Origin: Octopus sinensis
Taxonomy: Eukaryota
Direction of reading: 5' to 3'
Length of the DNA: 64,000 nucleotides
NCBI RefSeq assembly: GCF_006345805.1
Contig: NC_043020.1
Span: 23,808,001 to 23,872,000, forward strand
Shown: positions 27,348 to 39,656 of the stretch, piece by piece
How the letters are laid out: every line of letters begins with the position of its first letter
How positions within the stretch are numbered: position 1 is the first letter of the stretch
Translations under genes and position numbers: made by a program
The notes under the pieces: generated by a model
Database searches by the model: none
Told to the model about the DNA's origin: nothing
The model's input: only the letters and a program-made list of their open reading frames with translations

Positions 27348-27661
27348 GGAGGGACTTTTGCAGTCAAAACTACTAAAATAAACAAATTGCGAAAAAGCCC
27401 GCCATTTTCATAGATATGTAAAGATAAACGTTCGTACATGCTGCGGCGAATTCTACGGTTGGTTGTCGGGTATGTGATGTGCTTTTTTTTTCTTACATGT
27501 CTTGAGTTCGTTGCACTGAAGAGCAGAGAATGCATATTCTGCATTGATTGCGAAATCACAGGTGATATGTAACTAAATTCTGTTTTTAGATGACTCGCTT
27601 TGAAGTTTTGCATTCGGTAAAATTTGTTTATTTTAGTAGTTTTGACTGCAAAAGTCCCTCC
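27348..27661. mobile_element. 314-bp MITE-like element with 41-bp perfect TIRs and TA flanks
   Basis: GGAGGGACTTTTGCAGTCAAAACTACTAAAATAAACAAATT at both ends in inverted orientation. Confidence 0.88.
27510..27573 (+). ncRNA. Complete type I hammerhead ribozyme inside the TIR element
   Basis: GTTGCA-CTGAAGA-GCAG AG AATGCA TATTC TGCATT GA TTGC-GAAA-TCA CAGG TGA-TA^TGTAAC; all three helices are formable. Confidence 0.85.
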
Positions 27662-27708
27662 TATAATCTCTCTCTCTCTCTCTCTCTTTCTATATATATA
27701 TATATATA

Positions 27709-27862
27709 TTGCTGTGTGGTAAGAGGCTTGCTTACGAACCACATGGTTCCGTGTTCAGTCCCAATGCGTAACACCTTGGGCAAGTGTCTTCTACTATAGC
27801 CTCGGGCCGACCAAATTCCCGTGAGTGGATTTGGTAGACGGAAACTTAAGGAGGCCTGTCGT
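27709..27862 (+). mobile_element. SINE family A, 5' half
   Basis: GCTGTGTGGTAAGAGGCTTGC..GTTCAGTCCC..CCTTGGGCAAGTGTCTTCTACTATAGCC. Confidence 0.8.
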
Positions 27863-27869
27863 ATATATG

Positions 27870-27940
<71 letters not shown>

Positions 27941-27999
27941 GTAGTAACAGAAAAGAGGAATTTCGGTTGTCCCCACGTGGTGGATTGTAATGTATATAA

Positions 28000-28600
28000 G
28001 AAATTAAAAAAGCAAAATACGCACACTTACATGGTTTTAATATAAATTTTAATATATCGACCGGTTTCGCTATCGCTATTCATGATATAATGTTTAATTT
28101 ATATGAATATATATTTTTTCTTAAGAAGGAATTTGGTCCATGTTGTTTGTGATGAAATTCACGAGTGAATGACTTTATAAGTAGACAAATAAAGGGAGGT
28201 AATTGGTTGTTATTATTGTTATTGTTGTGTGTAAGGGAGATAACCGTTCAGGTTTTGGGTGGGGAATAAATATGTGTACAGAAAAGCGACAGGTTTTTTA
28301 AAAAAGGGGATCTTGTGTAGTGGGGGATTTATGTACAGTGATGTAATATGTAGAAATATAGAAGTTGGTTATGCGTACCTATTAAGACGTGTTTTGTATT
28401 TTTCAATGAAAAAAGTTTCTTTATTTAAGCGTTCTAGTTGAGAGATTGCGTCTTTGCACTGGTAGAAAGGGAAGACTGTGAAATTTGGTTTGATGTTACC
28501 TGCACATTTTTCTATGTGTTCACTAAGAGGAATTTGTCTGTATTGCGGCAAACGGATTTGCTCCTTATGTAGAGTGATTCTCTTCCTCAAAGTTAAACTC
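28000..28600 (-). mobile_element. Penelope-like 3' fragment (GIY-YIG C-terminus plus terminal repeat)
   Basis: ORF 28369-28590 ..IPLSEHIEKC..VFPFYQC..FFIEKYKTRLN is homologous to 26361-26750 and 31403-31690. Confidence 0.82.
28053..28089 (-). ncRNA. Minimal hammerhead, A3-U8 core
   Basis: Reverse complement: TATATC-ATGAATA-GC GATA GC-GAAA-CCGG-TC^GATATA; stem I is 6 bp. Confidence 0.72.
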
Positions 28601-28644
28601 GTTTGTCCAATGTATATATATATATATATAATATATATATAAGT

Positions 28645-28694
<50 letters not shown>

Positions 28695-28953
28695 TATATT
28701 TATATTTGTATATTCGTTTATTCTTTACATTTTTATACGCTTCAGCCCACTGGCTGTGGCCACACACCCACTCACACACACACGTACACACACGCTTACA
28801 CAACCACAAAGATACATATGCTCCCCCACGCGCGCACACACACATACAAGGATCAGGATTACTTATTATTAGTAGATGAGTGTGCACTGGAAGAATGTGA
28901 AATTCTAAGGTGTTTCCATTATTTTGTCCAACCCCTGTACATACATACAATAC

Positions 28954-28984
<31 letters not shown>

Positions 28985-29368
28985 CATACATACATACGTA
29001 CATACATACATACATACATGCATACATACATACATGCATATATATATATGCATGTATGTAGTATGCATGTATGTATGTATGTATATAATATAAGTGTATA
29101 TATATATATGTATGTATATATGTATATATGTATAATATATATATATATACATATATATAATATATATATATATATATATAATATATATATAGATCAATAA
29201 ATGGTGGGGTTGTGTTGACCGCACGTGGAGAAATGATAAGCAAGGAAAAATTGTAAAAATGCAGAATGGCCGATTGAAAGAAAATTTTAATGAAATGAGA
29301 AAATGAAAAAATATATAAATATATATTATATATTTTTTCATATATATATATATATAGATATATATATA

Positions 29369-29399
<31 letters not shown>

Positions 29400-29400
<1 letters not shown>

Positions 29401-31690
29401 CTCCAACCATACTCCAGACCCAATACACCAAAAATCCGGATGAACTCCCAAAACACATAGACCCCAAAATAATAAACTTATCTAAAAGATAACTTGACGA
29501 ATATGAAATGAACCTACTACTAAAAGGCCTCAAATTTACACCTACACCCACTCCAAACCTCATAGAACTAAAAACTGACATAGATAACTTCAGCCGCTAC
29601 CTCCGCCTTATGGAATTCTTGAAAATAAAGAAACAGAAGATAACTCAATCATAAGAAAAAAATCCCACTTCACCCCTTACAAGGGAAGTGACAAACACCT
29701 TGACACGTACATAGAAACAATATCCAAATTCCCTCTTCACACACACAAATGCAAACAGAATCTCCGCAGAGAAGAAAAGCAAGCCCTACAAAAACTGAAA
29801 AATGACAAATCAATCGTTATAAAAGAAGCTGACAAAGGTGGAGCAATAGTAATTATGGACACAGATTACTACAAAGAAAAGATACTAGAGTTACTGAACA
29901 ACCAGACATATTACAAAGAGGAACCAACACCACCGGAGAAAACAACAATAAGAAAAATTAGAACTTTAGTCAATGAATATCAGGACTCCTTTACAGATAA
30001 GGAGGAAGATTATCTATGCAACTCACAAACCAAAGAAAGCAACTTTTATGGATTACCTAAAATTCATAAAAGCTCGGAAATACAGAGAGCCATAAAGGAA
30101 CAGAGGAACCACTACATAAGAGTACAAAGACCTGCAGACCTCACGATGAGACCAATAGTGGCAGGACCCCAGGCACCAACACAACAACTAAGCCACTTCA
30201 TAGATATACTCCTCAAACCTCTATGCCCACAGATTCCAAGCTACATAAGGGATGACATAGACTTCCTCACACACATTCCAAATACAGTCCCGAAAAACAC
30301 CATACTTGCAAGCTTTGATGTCACAAATCTATACACAAACATACCACACACCCTAGGTCTAGAAGCTATAAAACAATCAATAGAAAAATACAGAGAACTT
30401 ATAGATGAACGCTTCAAGACAAACTTTATCACCCAAGCCACCCAACTAATACTAGAAGAAAACACATTCTCATTCAACAACAAGACATACCGACAGATAA
30501 AAGGCACGGCTATGGGTACAAAATTCGCACCTTCATATGCCAACCTAGTGATGGGCTTCCTGGAGAAAAAACTATATGACGAAATAGGGAAGTCTTCGAA
30601 CACGACTTCAGAGAAGACATCAAGAAAAAGTGGAAACGCTACCTCGATGACTGTTTCATCTTTTGGAACAGATCAGAAGAGGACCTACAAACATTCCACA
30701 ACATCCTCAATACGCTGCACCCATCTATCAATTTCACAATAGATACCAGCCACAACGAACTCCCTTCCTAGACATCAACATCAAAATACACAACTCCATC
30801 GTCACAACAGACATCCACTACAAAAAAACTGACACACATCAATACTTAAATTTCCACTCCTGCCACCCATCCCACACAAAAGAAAACATCCATATAGTAT
30901 GGCACGACGAATATGTAGCATAGTAACTGATTCACAAATACGATTAATAAGACTAGATGAACTCAAAAGCTTCCTCCTAGAGCAAAATACCCCCTTAAAC
31001 TAATAGAAAATGGAATCACAAGAGCATTAAAACTAGACATCACACAACTCAGGACACCCAAAAAAAAAACAAAGAAAACACTATCCCTTTTATAAACACA
31101 CACAACCCTGGAGTTACCAACATCTTCCAAACCATACATTCAAACCTACCAATAGCCTTACAGAGCCCCAAAATGAAAAACATATTAAACAAATATAGCA
31201 TAAAAAACAGTAGACGACAGGACAAAAACCTAAAAAAACACCTAACAAGAGCGAAATTCTCTTCAGAAACTAAAACGGAATTCTTTGCAAAAGAGTGCGG
31301 AGATGGTAGATGTGGGACCTGCAGCAACCCCACCTACAAATACATAGAGAGCAACAGAGAGATAAGATTTAAAATGGTGTCATATTCAAAGTAAATGCAG
31401 ATATGAACTGCAAGACGCAGAACGTCATATACTGCATAACCTGCCCCACATGCAAGGAGAATTACGTAGGAGAAACTGGTAATTCTTTGTGCCAGCGAGC
31501 CAGGATCCACCGACAACATATTCGGCAGGAAGAACTACGCAAAATACCACTAAGCACACACCTAGCTACATGTGGAGAAGGAAAATTTAAGATATTTCCC
31601 TTCTACAAGTGTCCGAAGAATGACACCCCCTTCAGGAGGAATATGGAAAAACATTTCATAGCTAAGTTCTCCCCCAAATTAAATGGCTGA
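29400..31690 (+). pseudogene. Penelope-like element RT + GIY-YIG ORF, disrupted by a stop and several frameshifts
   Basis: KEADKGGAIV, GLPKIHK, RPIVA, SFDVTNLYTNIP, GTAMGTKFAP, WKRYLDD (30631-30651), LPFLD, NVIYCITC..NYVGET. Confidence 0.95.
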
Positions 31691-32226
31691 AACTTTACTC
31701 AACATACATTGAAGGAAAAATCTGTGTGTGTGTAGATGTGTGTATTGCCTGTTATATACATCATATTATATTATTATCTTTATAATTCACTTCCATCTTT
31801 ACCCTTTAATTGTCACTTTAGTTTTAACTTTCCTATGACATACAACTTTCAAGATGGTATAATTTGGTTGTTCATTTTGAACCGATAAAAAGGTTTTTTC
31901 AAATATTTTATGTATAAGTCTGTGTGTGTGTATATATGTGTTGGTATAAATATCAACACACAAAAATATTTTTTCTTCTCCACTTCCTCCCTTATTTTTA
32001 TTTTTATTTTTATTTTTATTTTTATTTTTATTTTTTTATTTTTTATTCTTTATATTTTTATTTATTCTTTATATTTTTTATTTTATTTTTTATTTTTTGT
32101 TTTTATTTATTTATTTATTTTTTTATTTTTTAAATTTTTTATTTTTATTATTATTTTTATTTTCCCTTTTCTCTTTTTGTCTCTCTCCCCTTCTCCAAAC
32201 ACACAGACACACCACCACACACACAC

Positions 32227-32268
<42 letters not shown>

Positions 32269-32601
32269 ACACACACAGACCACAGAGACACACACACACA
32301 CACACCTCCACAGAATGATCATAGAAAGTGTGACCCCAAATGACATTTGCCAGGCCAACCTATGCACAACACACACTCAGTGACATTGAAATGGACGGCC
32401 AAAGTTCTTATAAAACCACAGGGGGTCCAGCAGACCAACGGAAATAACACTTCTTCACTCTCAGATATAAATGCGCACACACACACACACGCACACACAC
32501 ACACACACACACACATACACACATATTTTCTCTCTGTCTCACTTCCTCCTCACCCACTACTACGAAACTATAAAAAGGTTCAAACTACCCACAACTGATT
32601 T

Positions 32602-32639
32602 GATTTGAAAACCCACTAGAATGGGAGCAAGCGCTAATC
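32602..32639 (+). ncRNA. Degenerate hammerhead-like motif (U3-A8) downstream of the Penelope ORF
   Basis: GAT-TTGAAAA-CCCA CTAGAA TGGG-A-GCAA-GCGC-TA^ATC; GAAA is mutated to GCAA and stem I is only 3 bp. Confidence 0.4.
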
Positions 32640-32905
32640 CGAATGATATGATATATATGTAAAAAATGTAATATATAAATAAATATCTACAAATATGAAC
32701 CATCTGATCTGATTACCTCAATTTTTCTAATATATATATATATATATATATTAATATATATATATATATGTTTTATATATATATATAATAGCATATACCC
32801 TAGTGAGCTTATAGCCCCCAGAAATGGTAACAATATAAGAAATATTAATTATTTAGCTGTTAATCCAGTAATTAAGGATAATAATGAATGAAATATGTAC
32901 TGATA

Positions 32906-33230
32906 TCTTTATATATATAAAACTGAGAATGTGTGTCTGTCTGTCTGTCTGTGTGTTTCCCTAAAACTTGAGAACTACACAACCAATTTCATTCAAATTT
33001 TACACATGCCTTACTTAGTGTCCATGTAGTTTCATGGGCAAAAAATGTTCAACTTCTTGCCTAGAGCAAGCCCATAGCAATATCATGTCTTCTCCACTCT
33101 TTCAGTATTACGTGTTAAAAGTGAAACAAAAGTATTTCTCTATTTTATGTCAGATGCTTTCACTTTAACAATAAAAATAATAATAACAATTGAATTATAT
33201 GTAGTAAGTAATAATTAAAATCAAACTAAA
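32906..33230 (+). mobile_element. Helitron/DINE-like non-autonomous 5' end
   Basis: A|TCTTTATATATATAAAA start followed by (GTCT)n; the 3' terminus was not located. Confidence 0.45.
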
Positions 33231-34175
33231 GTATAATATAATCGTAACAAAACAAAAGTAAAAATAGCAATTGGTATAAAATTGCATCGATGATTTGAAC
33301 TTGAATAAGTGGTTTCACATGAATGGGAATAAATTAAAAATAAAATTAGTGTGCAGAAATGGAATAGTCCAGATGGATAATAAAGTTATTTGCTAACTAC
33401 GTCACCAATATTGTTTGAGACAATTGAGGAAGTAGTAACTATACACTAAGTCATCAATAATTAAGATAGTCTTTTTTAAATTCTTGCTGATGGAACCGCG
33501 TGGCTGATAAAATATGTAAGCGTTAATACTTGTAGTTTTATTATTTTTTAAACAGTTTTAATTAGCTTTAAACATTGCAAGGTTTTATAATAATAGTTAA
33601 TTACAAGTACTTTTATTAGTTCCTATTTATTAAATTTAATGTTTCTATTAGTTACTGGTAATTAATATCATAGCTTGTAGTGGTGATATATTAATGAGTA
33701 TATAGCGTTGTATTATTAACTTTGAAATGATGAAATATGCATTTCACTCCTAATTATTACATTATTATTGAAGTTAAATTCAATCGTGTTTGTTTTGTTT
33801 TGGAGAGATTTATATAAGGTTTTAACTTTCATTATAGTAGTAACTATGGAAGACTGGTGGGATAATTATTTGTATGAACTTAAAGATTAGTCGCTGTTTA
33901 GTTACGTATTTAGGAGCTGGTTGTAATTTACTTATTGAATTTATTTACCGACACGGTTGTACACAGGGTAAATGTGTTTGTAAGTTGTGGTTTCTTTGGT
34001 ATGTTTGTTCCGAAACAACACTTATTTTAGTGCTGTTGACACCTCCGGATTGAATGGTATTGCTCAGGTGTCGAAACCAGAATGATATCCGCGGGGCAGC
34101 TGATGATGGAGGTATGTTGGATTGTTGGTATGGCTGTGTTTTGTATATGTGGAATAGCAGTATAACAAATTTTTG

Positions 34176-34242
<67 letters not shown>

Positions 34243-35080
34243 TTGCAAACAATTTGCAGATGCAAGCAGTACCAGTTAAAAGCTCCGCATACTGGATGCT
34301 AGCAAGTTCATGGGGGTCATCAGAAGAGAATGCACGCCATTTCAGGGCCTACCTCTCGATAGAATCATTGCATACTGGCACCCCTCACTGAAATGAGGCC
34401 CCGTTTGCCAGATCAACTAGTTATCGGATTTCGCACAATATTCTTCTAGTCATTGTTCATCGTCTCTTTTACCCAAATTCATTGGCTTGCTTTCTCCGCT
34501 ATAGTTTGGATATCACACATGGTGGTATTTGCATTACGATGAGTTAGGCCTAACGATAACAACTGTCGCCTCACACTGTGTTCAATGAATCCTCAACAAA
34601 TATATATATATATTTCGATCAAACCTCCTACGAGTTAACATGGGATCCCTTGACAATGTAACATTCATTTGTCTAAGGTATCTTTGGCCTGATGAATATC
34701 TAGCGGAGTACCCCTCATTGAGTAATTAATACTTCCGTGGTCCCACTAGCTATGAAACTTATGAAGCCTGAATTTGATCTACTCCATTCCCTAAATTTGG
34801 ATTTTTATTCACATACATGCCAACCCCAGTTGCTAATTGCGAACTATAAATTACTGTCTTCAGCTTATCAAACTTCAATATGGGAAAAGTTTACAACCTT
34901 CTTTGCCAATAAACCACGATTGTTCCTGAAAGTTGTTTTTTATGCCTTCTACAGACTGCTCAAAGCTTACTAACTTTCTACACCTTGATCCTTAGATCTT
35001 ACCTTTACATGTTATATATATATATATATATATATTTACATATACTTCAATACATATGACGTATATATATATATATACAC

Positions 35081-35128
<48 letters not shown>

Positions 35129-35132
<4 letters not shown>

Positions 35133-35358
35133 AGATAAGAAAATGGACAAATACATCTAAATCAAATATCAATTACCAGATAATACTCAATCACATACTT
35201 TATTAAACCACCACATAAGAGACTGTAGGGTTAGATATAAAAAGCAGAACAAATCAGTGTACATAAAGGAATGTGGTGGTTTAATAAAGTATGTGATTGA
35301 GTATTATCTGGTAATTGATATTTGATTTAGATGTATTTCTCCATTTTCTTATCTTGTA
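35129..35358. repeat. Near-perfect hairpin, 88-bp arms (1 mismatch), 54-nt loop
   Basis: 35129-35216 versus 35271-35358. Confidence 0.92.
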
Positions 35359-35710
35359 TTAGTAATTTGTGGTAAATCATTTTACCTTTGCCCATATAAT
35401 ACAGTAAATGAATTGATTGCATCGCAATCATTAACATTTATGTATTAACTTTGTTGGGTACTTCACTAGCAGTATATTGGATATATATTATCCCATGGAG
35501 GGTTGCATTTACAACCCCTATCTCAATTTGTATATATATATATATTTGTTGTGCAAGATTTTTTATGTGAAGTCGTGTGCTGAAACAGATATTGTTGTAT
35601 TTCGTAATGGTCATTTTGCCAGTTTAGCCAATAAAAACACACGCACTATATATTTGGTGTTACTTTGCTTCAGTGTTATTTATTTTTTACATTAAACTTA
35701 ATCTTATTTC

Positions 35711-35755
35711 GGCCAGAGTTCTTTCGTCACACTCCTGTGACCGCATCAGTGGTCC
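35711..35755 (-). ncRNA. Hammerhead-like motif with altered position 9
   Basis: Reverse complement: GGACCA-CTGATGCG-GTCAC AGGAGT GTGAC-GAAA-GAAC-TC^TGGCC. Confidence 0.45.
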
Positions 35756-36126
35756 TTTGCTTTCTTCTTTCTTATTTGCGTCTCTCCTTACTAACCGTCA
35801 CCCATTTTGTATTTCTATTGTATGTGTCTTCAGTTGCGCATGCGTATATCTTTATGTGCGTGTATGTTTAGTTAGTGCGTGTGGCGGTGGAAATGCCTGT
35901 AAAATTTGTATCTTCTGTTTATATACGTTCGGTGTAATTTGTTTTTGTTTTTGTTTTTGCACGAGCACCGCATTCGGGGCTTTTAGACGAACAAATCGAC
36001 CTTAGGACTTACTCTCAAGCCTAGTGCTTATTCTATTGATCCCATTTGCTGAACCGCTATGTTACCGGCTGTCAGGTGGTAATGGGCGGGACAAACACAG
36101 ACACAAAAACACATACACGCATACAC

Positions 36127-36585
36127 GCTTCGTTGTACCATTTATTTACTTTTATGTATAATTTTACCCTCACGGGCTATCCTTTACTGGAAAGCAATAC
36201 TCTCGTATTGCATTACTATTTTCATTGAAACTTCTTCACTGTTCTCGTTCTGTTGACGTTTTGGCGTTCAGACGAGTGTACTGGCATAGATGTGGCAACA
36301 TTTGAAATATTGTCGAGGTTTATGCAGCTGATGAAGATAAATCAAATATACGCTTGCCAAGCGTATTTTTAAAAATTCGAAACCTGTACTGCATTATCCG
36401 TTATCTAGGTTTTTCATTTTTCAGATGTTTTTCCTAGAGGTAAGACAATTTTTTTTCATGTTTGTTGCACACACGCATCTTTACTAGTACATACGCAGTG
36501 AAGTTATACATTAGCGTCGTATTTATTACGTTCGCTATTTTCCAGTAGATATCGGTGCTTCGTTGTACCATTTATTTACTTTTAT
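36127..36585 (+). mobile_element. 430-bp HHR-bearing unit with 29-bp terminal direct repeat, lying within a SINE A copy
   Basis: GCTTCGTTGTACCATTTATTTACTTTTAT at 36127 and 36557. Confidence 0.7.
36322..36394 (+). ncRNA. Type I hammerhead ribozyme, C3-G8 core
   Basis: ATGCAG-CTGATGA-A-GA..ATACGCTT GCC AAGCGTAT..TC-GAAA-CCTG-TA^CTGCAT; stem I is 6 bp. Confidence 0.8.
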
Positions 36586-36587
36586 TT

Positions 36588-36618
<31 letters not shown>

Positions 36619-36812
36619 TAATATATATATATATTATATATTATATATTATATATATATTACATACATACATACGATGGGCTTTCAGTTTCCGTCTACCA
36701 AATCTACTCATGAGGCTTTGGCTAGTCTGGGACTATATTTGAAAACAGTTCTCCAAGGTGCCACGCAGTGGGATTGAACCCAGATTCATATGGATGGGAA
36801 GCAAACTTCTTA

Positions 36813-37046
36813 TTTCTTTATTGCCCACAAGGGGCCAAACATAGAGACGACAAACAAGGACAGACAAAAGGATTAAGTCGATTACATCGAACCCAGTGCG
36901 TAACTGGTACTTAATTTATCAACCCCGAAAGGATGAAAGGCAATGTCGACCTCGGCGGAATTTGAACTCAGAACGTAACGGCAGACAAAATACACCTAAG
37001 CATTTCGCCCGGAGTGCTAACGTTTCTGCCAGCTCGCCGCCTTCTT
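36813..37046 (-). mobile_element. Full-length SINE family B with 14-bp TSD
   Basis: AAGCAAACTTCTTA at 36799-36812 and 37047-37060; 3' end GCCCCTTGTGGGCAATAAAGAAA on minus. Confidence 0.92.
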
Positions 37047-37083
37047 AAGCAAACTTCTTAACACACAGCCACGCCTGCGCCTA

Positions 37084-37282
<199 letters not shown>

Positions 37283-37505
37283 CTCGACATGGACGGACGC
37301 TAGTCAAATGGGCTCCACGTAAGTTGGTAATTTTACGTTGAAAATTGTTTATTGTGAAATATTTTGTGTTTTAAAAAAGTTGTGCAACAACATCCACTGC
37401 AAACCTTGATTAATATCTACACAAAATTTTGCCCCTTGTGGGCAAAATTTAAAAGAAAAAATTCTCATAGCCTTCGTGGTTTCATTTAGCCATTTTATTT
37501 CCAAA

Positions 37506-39606
37506 ATGGCCACTGGTCACCACGAGGCTGAGGTGCAAGTCAAGCGTGACGCAGAGGCAGAAAAACAGGATGCTCTGTTACCTTACGCTGAACCTGACAA
37601 CTCCGCCACCATCAACATCGACAACAGCAACAAATACAAAACAAAGGTCGCAAGGCCAAGCACTGTCAACACCATCAGTGAGTCCACCACCACCACCAAC
37701 ACCGACAACAACACCATGACAGAATCTGCTACTAAAACTGCTATCCCTACTAAAGACGTCGCCACCAATAACAATACCAACATCCGCCACCAAAGACCGT
37801 GCCGTCAATGCTACTAATACTACTAACACCACCGCCGTCACCAAGAACGACAAAACAACAACAACAAAACAACAACAACAACGACGACGACAACAACAAT
37901 TCCCTTCAACCACTGCTCACTCCATCACCAACAAGTGAAAAAATAACGACGACAAGCAAACGAAATGCCGAAATTTGCGCTAATGCAGGACTAAATTACG
38001 CAGGCAATTTTCCACCCCTTGCTAGTTGCATAATCAGCAACCACAAACCTACAACCCACACCCCTGCCATCAACACCAACACCACCGGCAGTAACAACAA
38101 TAACAAAACAACAACAAACTTCGCCGAGGCGATAAAAGAAAAGGTAACAAAAGTTTCGTTTACTACACAACAGATTAAAGATTGCAGAAACCTTATTACA
38201 AATCAAAACGGAAAAATACTCTTACACATACCTCAGCACATACTGAATGAGGAGAAAAAAAAGACAATTGTATATAAAATCACAAATAAAAAAACAAAAA
38301 GTCCAGAAAAGGCAAGCACAGACAAAGTCGAAAAGTGCTTACGCCCCATCTGGGATACAAGGATTGTGTGACTTGGGCGAACAAGTTCGCACACGTACAG
38401 GTGGTTTTTCAGAATGAAGAGTTGGCGAAGAAATTCTCAACGATAACCCTTCATTCTGATGAACTAACGTTGACACCGAGTTACCTCGGCCAGAAGGTGA
38501 CGAAAGTCATTATCAGTGGTGTCCCCCAAGTGACTACAACACTGTGGATTACATCCGCCTTAACATCCGAAATGGAGGACATAAACTTCCTAGATATCGG
38601 TGTTTCGGAAAACAAGGACTGGCTGGGAAAGAGAATAGAGTTCCTCTTTCACATAAGTCAAGAGGACATAAATAAAATCCCCACCCACGTACATCTTGAG
38701 GATGGCCGCAAGTTATACGTAGTAGTCGAGGGCAGAAGGCCACGATGCTATACATGTGGCAGTGAGGCACACCTCAAAAAGGAGTGCAAATCTGCCGCAA
38801 AATTACAACAACAACAACAGCCACAGGAAAAATCACAAAAGCCAGGATTATTGCCCACACCACAATATGGACAGCTAGTCAAGAAGCTGTATGCGGAAAT
38901 GCAGGAAAAACAACAAAGAACAAGCCAACCCAACCAAACAACACCAACACCAGCGCCAAGAACAGAATCATCACCACCAACAACAAATAAACCAATTCCA
39001 ACACCAAGAATAACAACGAAGACAAGCACCAAGGATGTAGGAGAGACAATAACCACAACAAACCCCCCAGCAACACCCTCCCCGCGCACCACAACAATAT
39101 CTACAACCGCCACAAACACACCCAGACGCTTTACCCTGCCCCCTGCTGATTCGTCAGACTTTTCATCTAACGATGAAAGTTCGACAGAATGGCAAATAGC
39201 CACAGGGGGTAAAAGAAAAAGATCAAGAAAAACCAAACAAGAAATCGCAACCAAAGCAGGGAGATACCTGAACCCTGAAAACTCCATACACAACAAAACA
39301 AGCACCAACACCACAAAAACAATGCTATCAGCGATAGACACAAAAGACTCCAAACTAATGGAGTACATCACAGGATACACAAAACATTGTGAAGATGACT
39401 TTAAAAATAGCAATCATCCACGCACTACACCACCCAAACACATCAAAATACTACACATCACACAAACACAACACCACAAACTCAAAGCCCTCTTCCCAAA
39501 TGCTGTAGGGGGTTTCCAGAAATATCTGTCCCAAAAACTATATAGAAACCTCCTCGAAGACACATCAAAGAACGAGGAAGCCAAAACTTTCGACACAAGT
39601 AAGTAA
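37506..39606 (+). pseudogene. LINE ORF1 (gag-like), split over three frames
   Basis: ORF-track pieces 37476-37817, 37799-38371 and 38335-39606; zinc knuckle CYTCGSEAHLKKEC. Confidence 0.85.
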
Positions 39607-39656
39607 CTCTCTGTACTTTCATTTGTGTGTTTTAAAGCACACACCCCAATAGAATC

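Larger units (their letters stand above)
35975..37081 (-). mobile_element. SINE family A fragmented by nested insertions (pieces 35975-36125, 36672-36798, 37061-37081)
   Basis: The pieces are collinear with the family A sequence on the minus strand. Confidence 0.7.
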
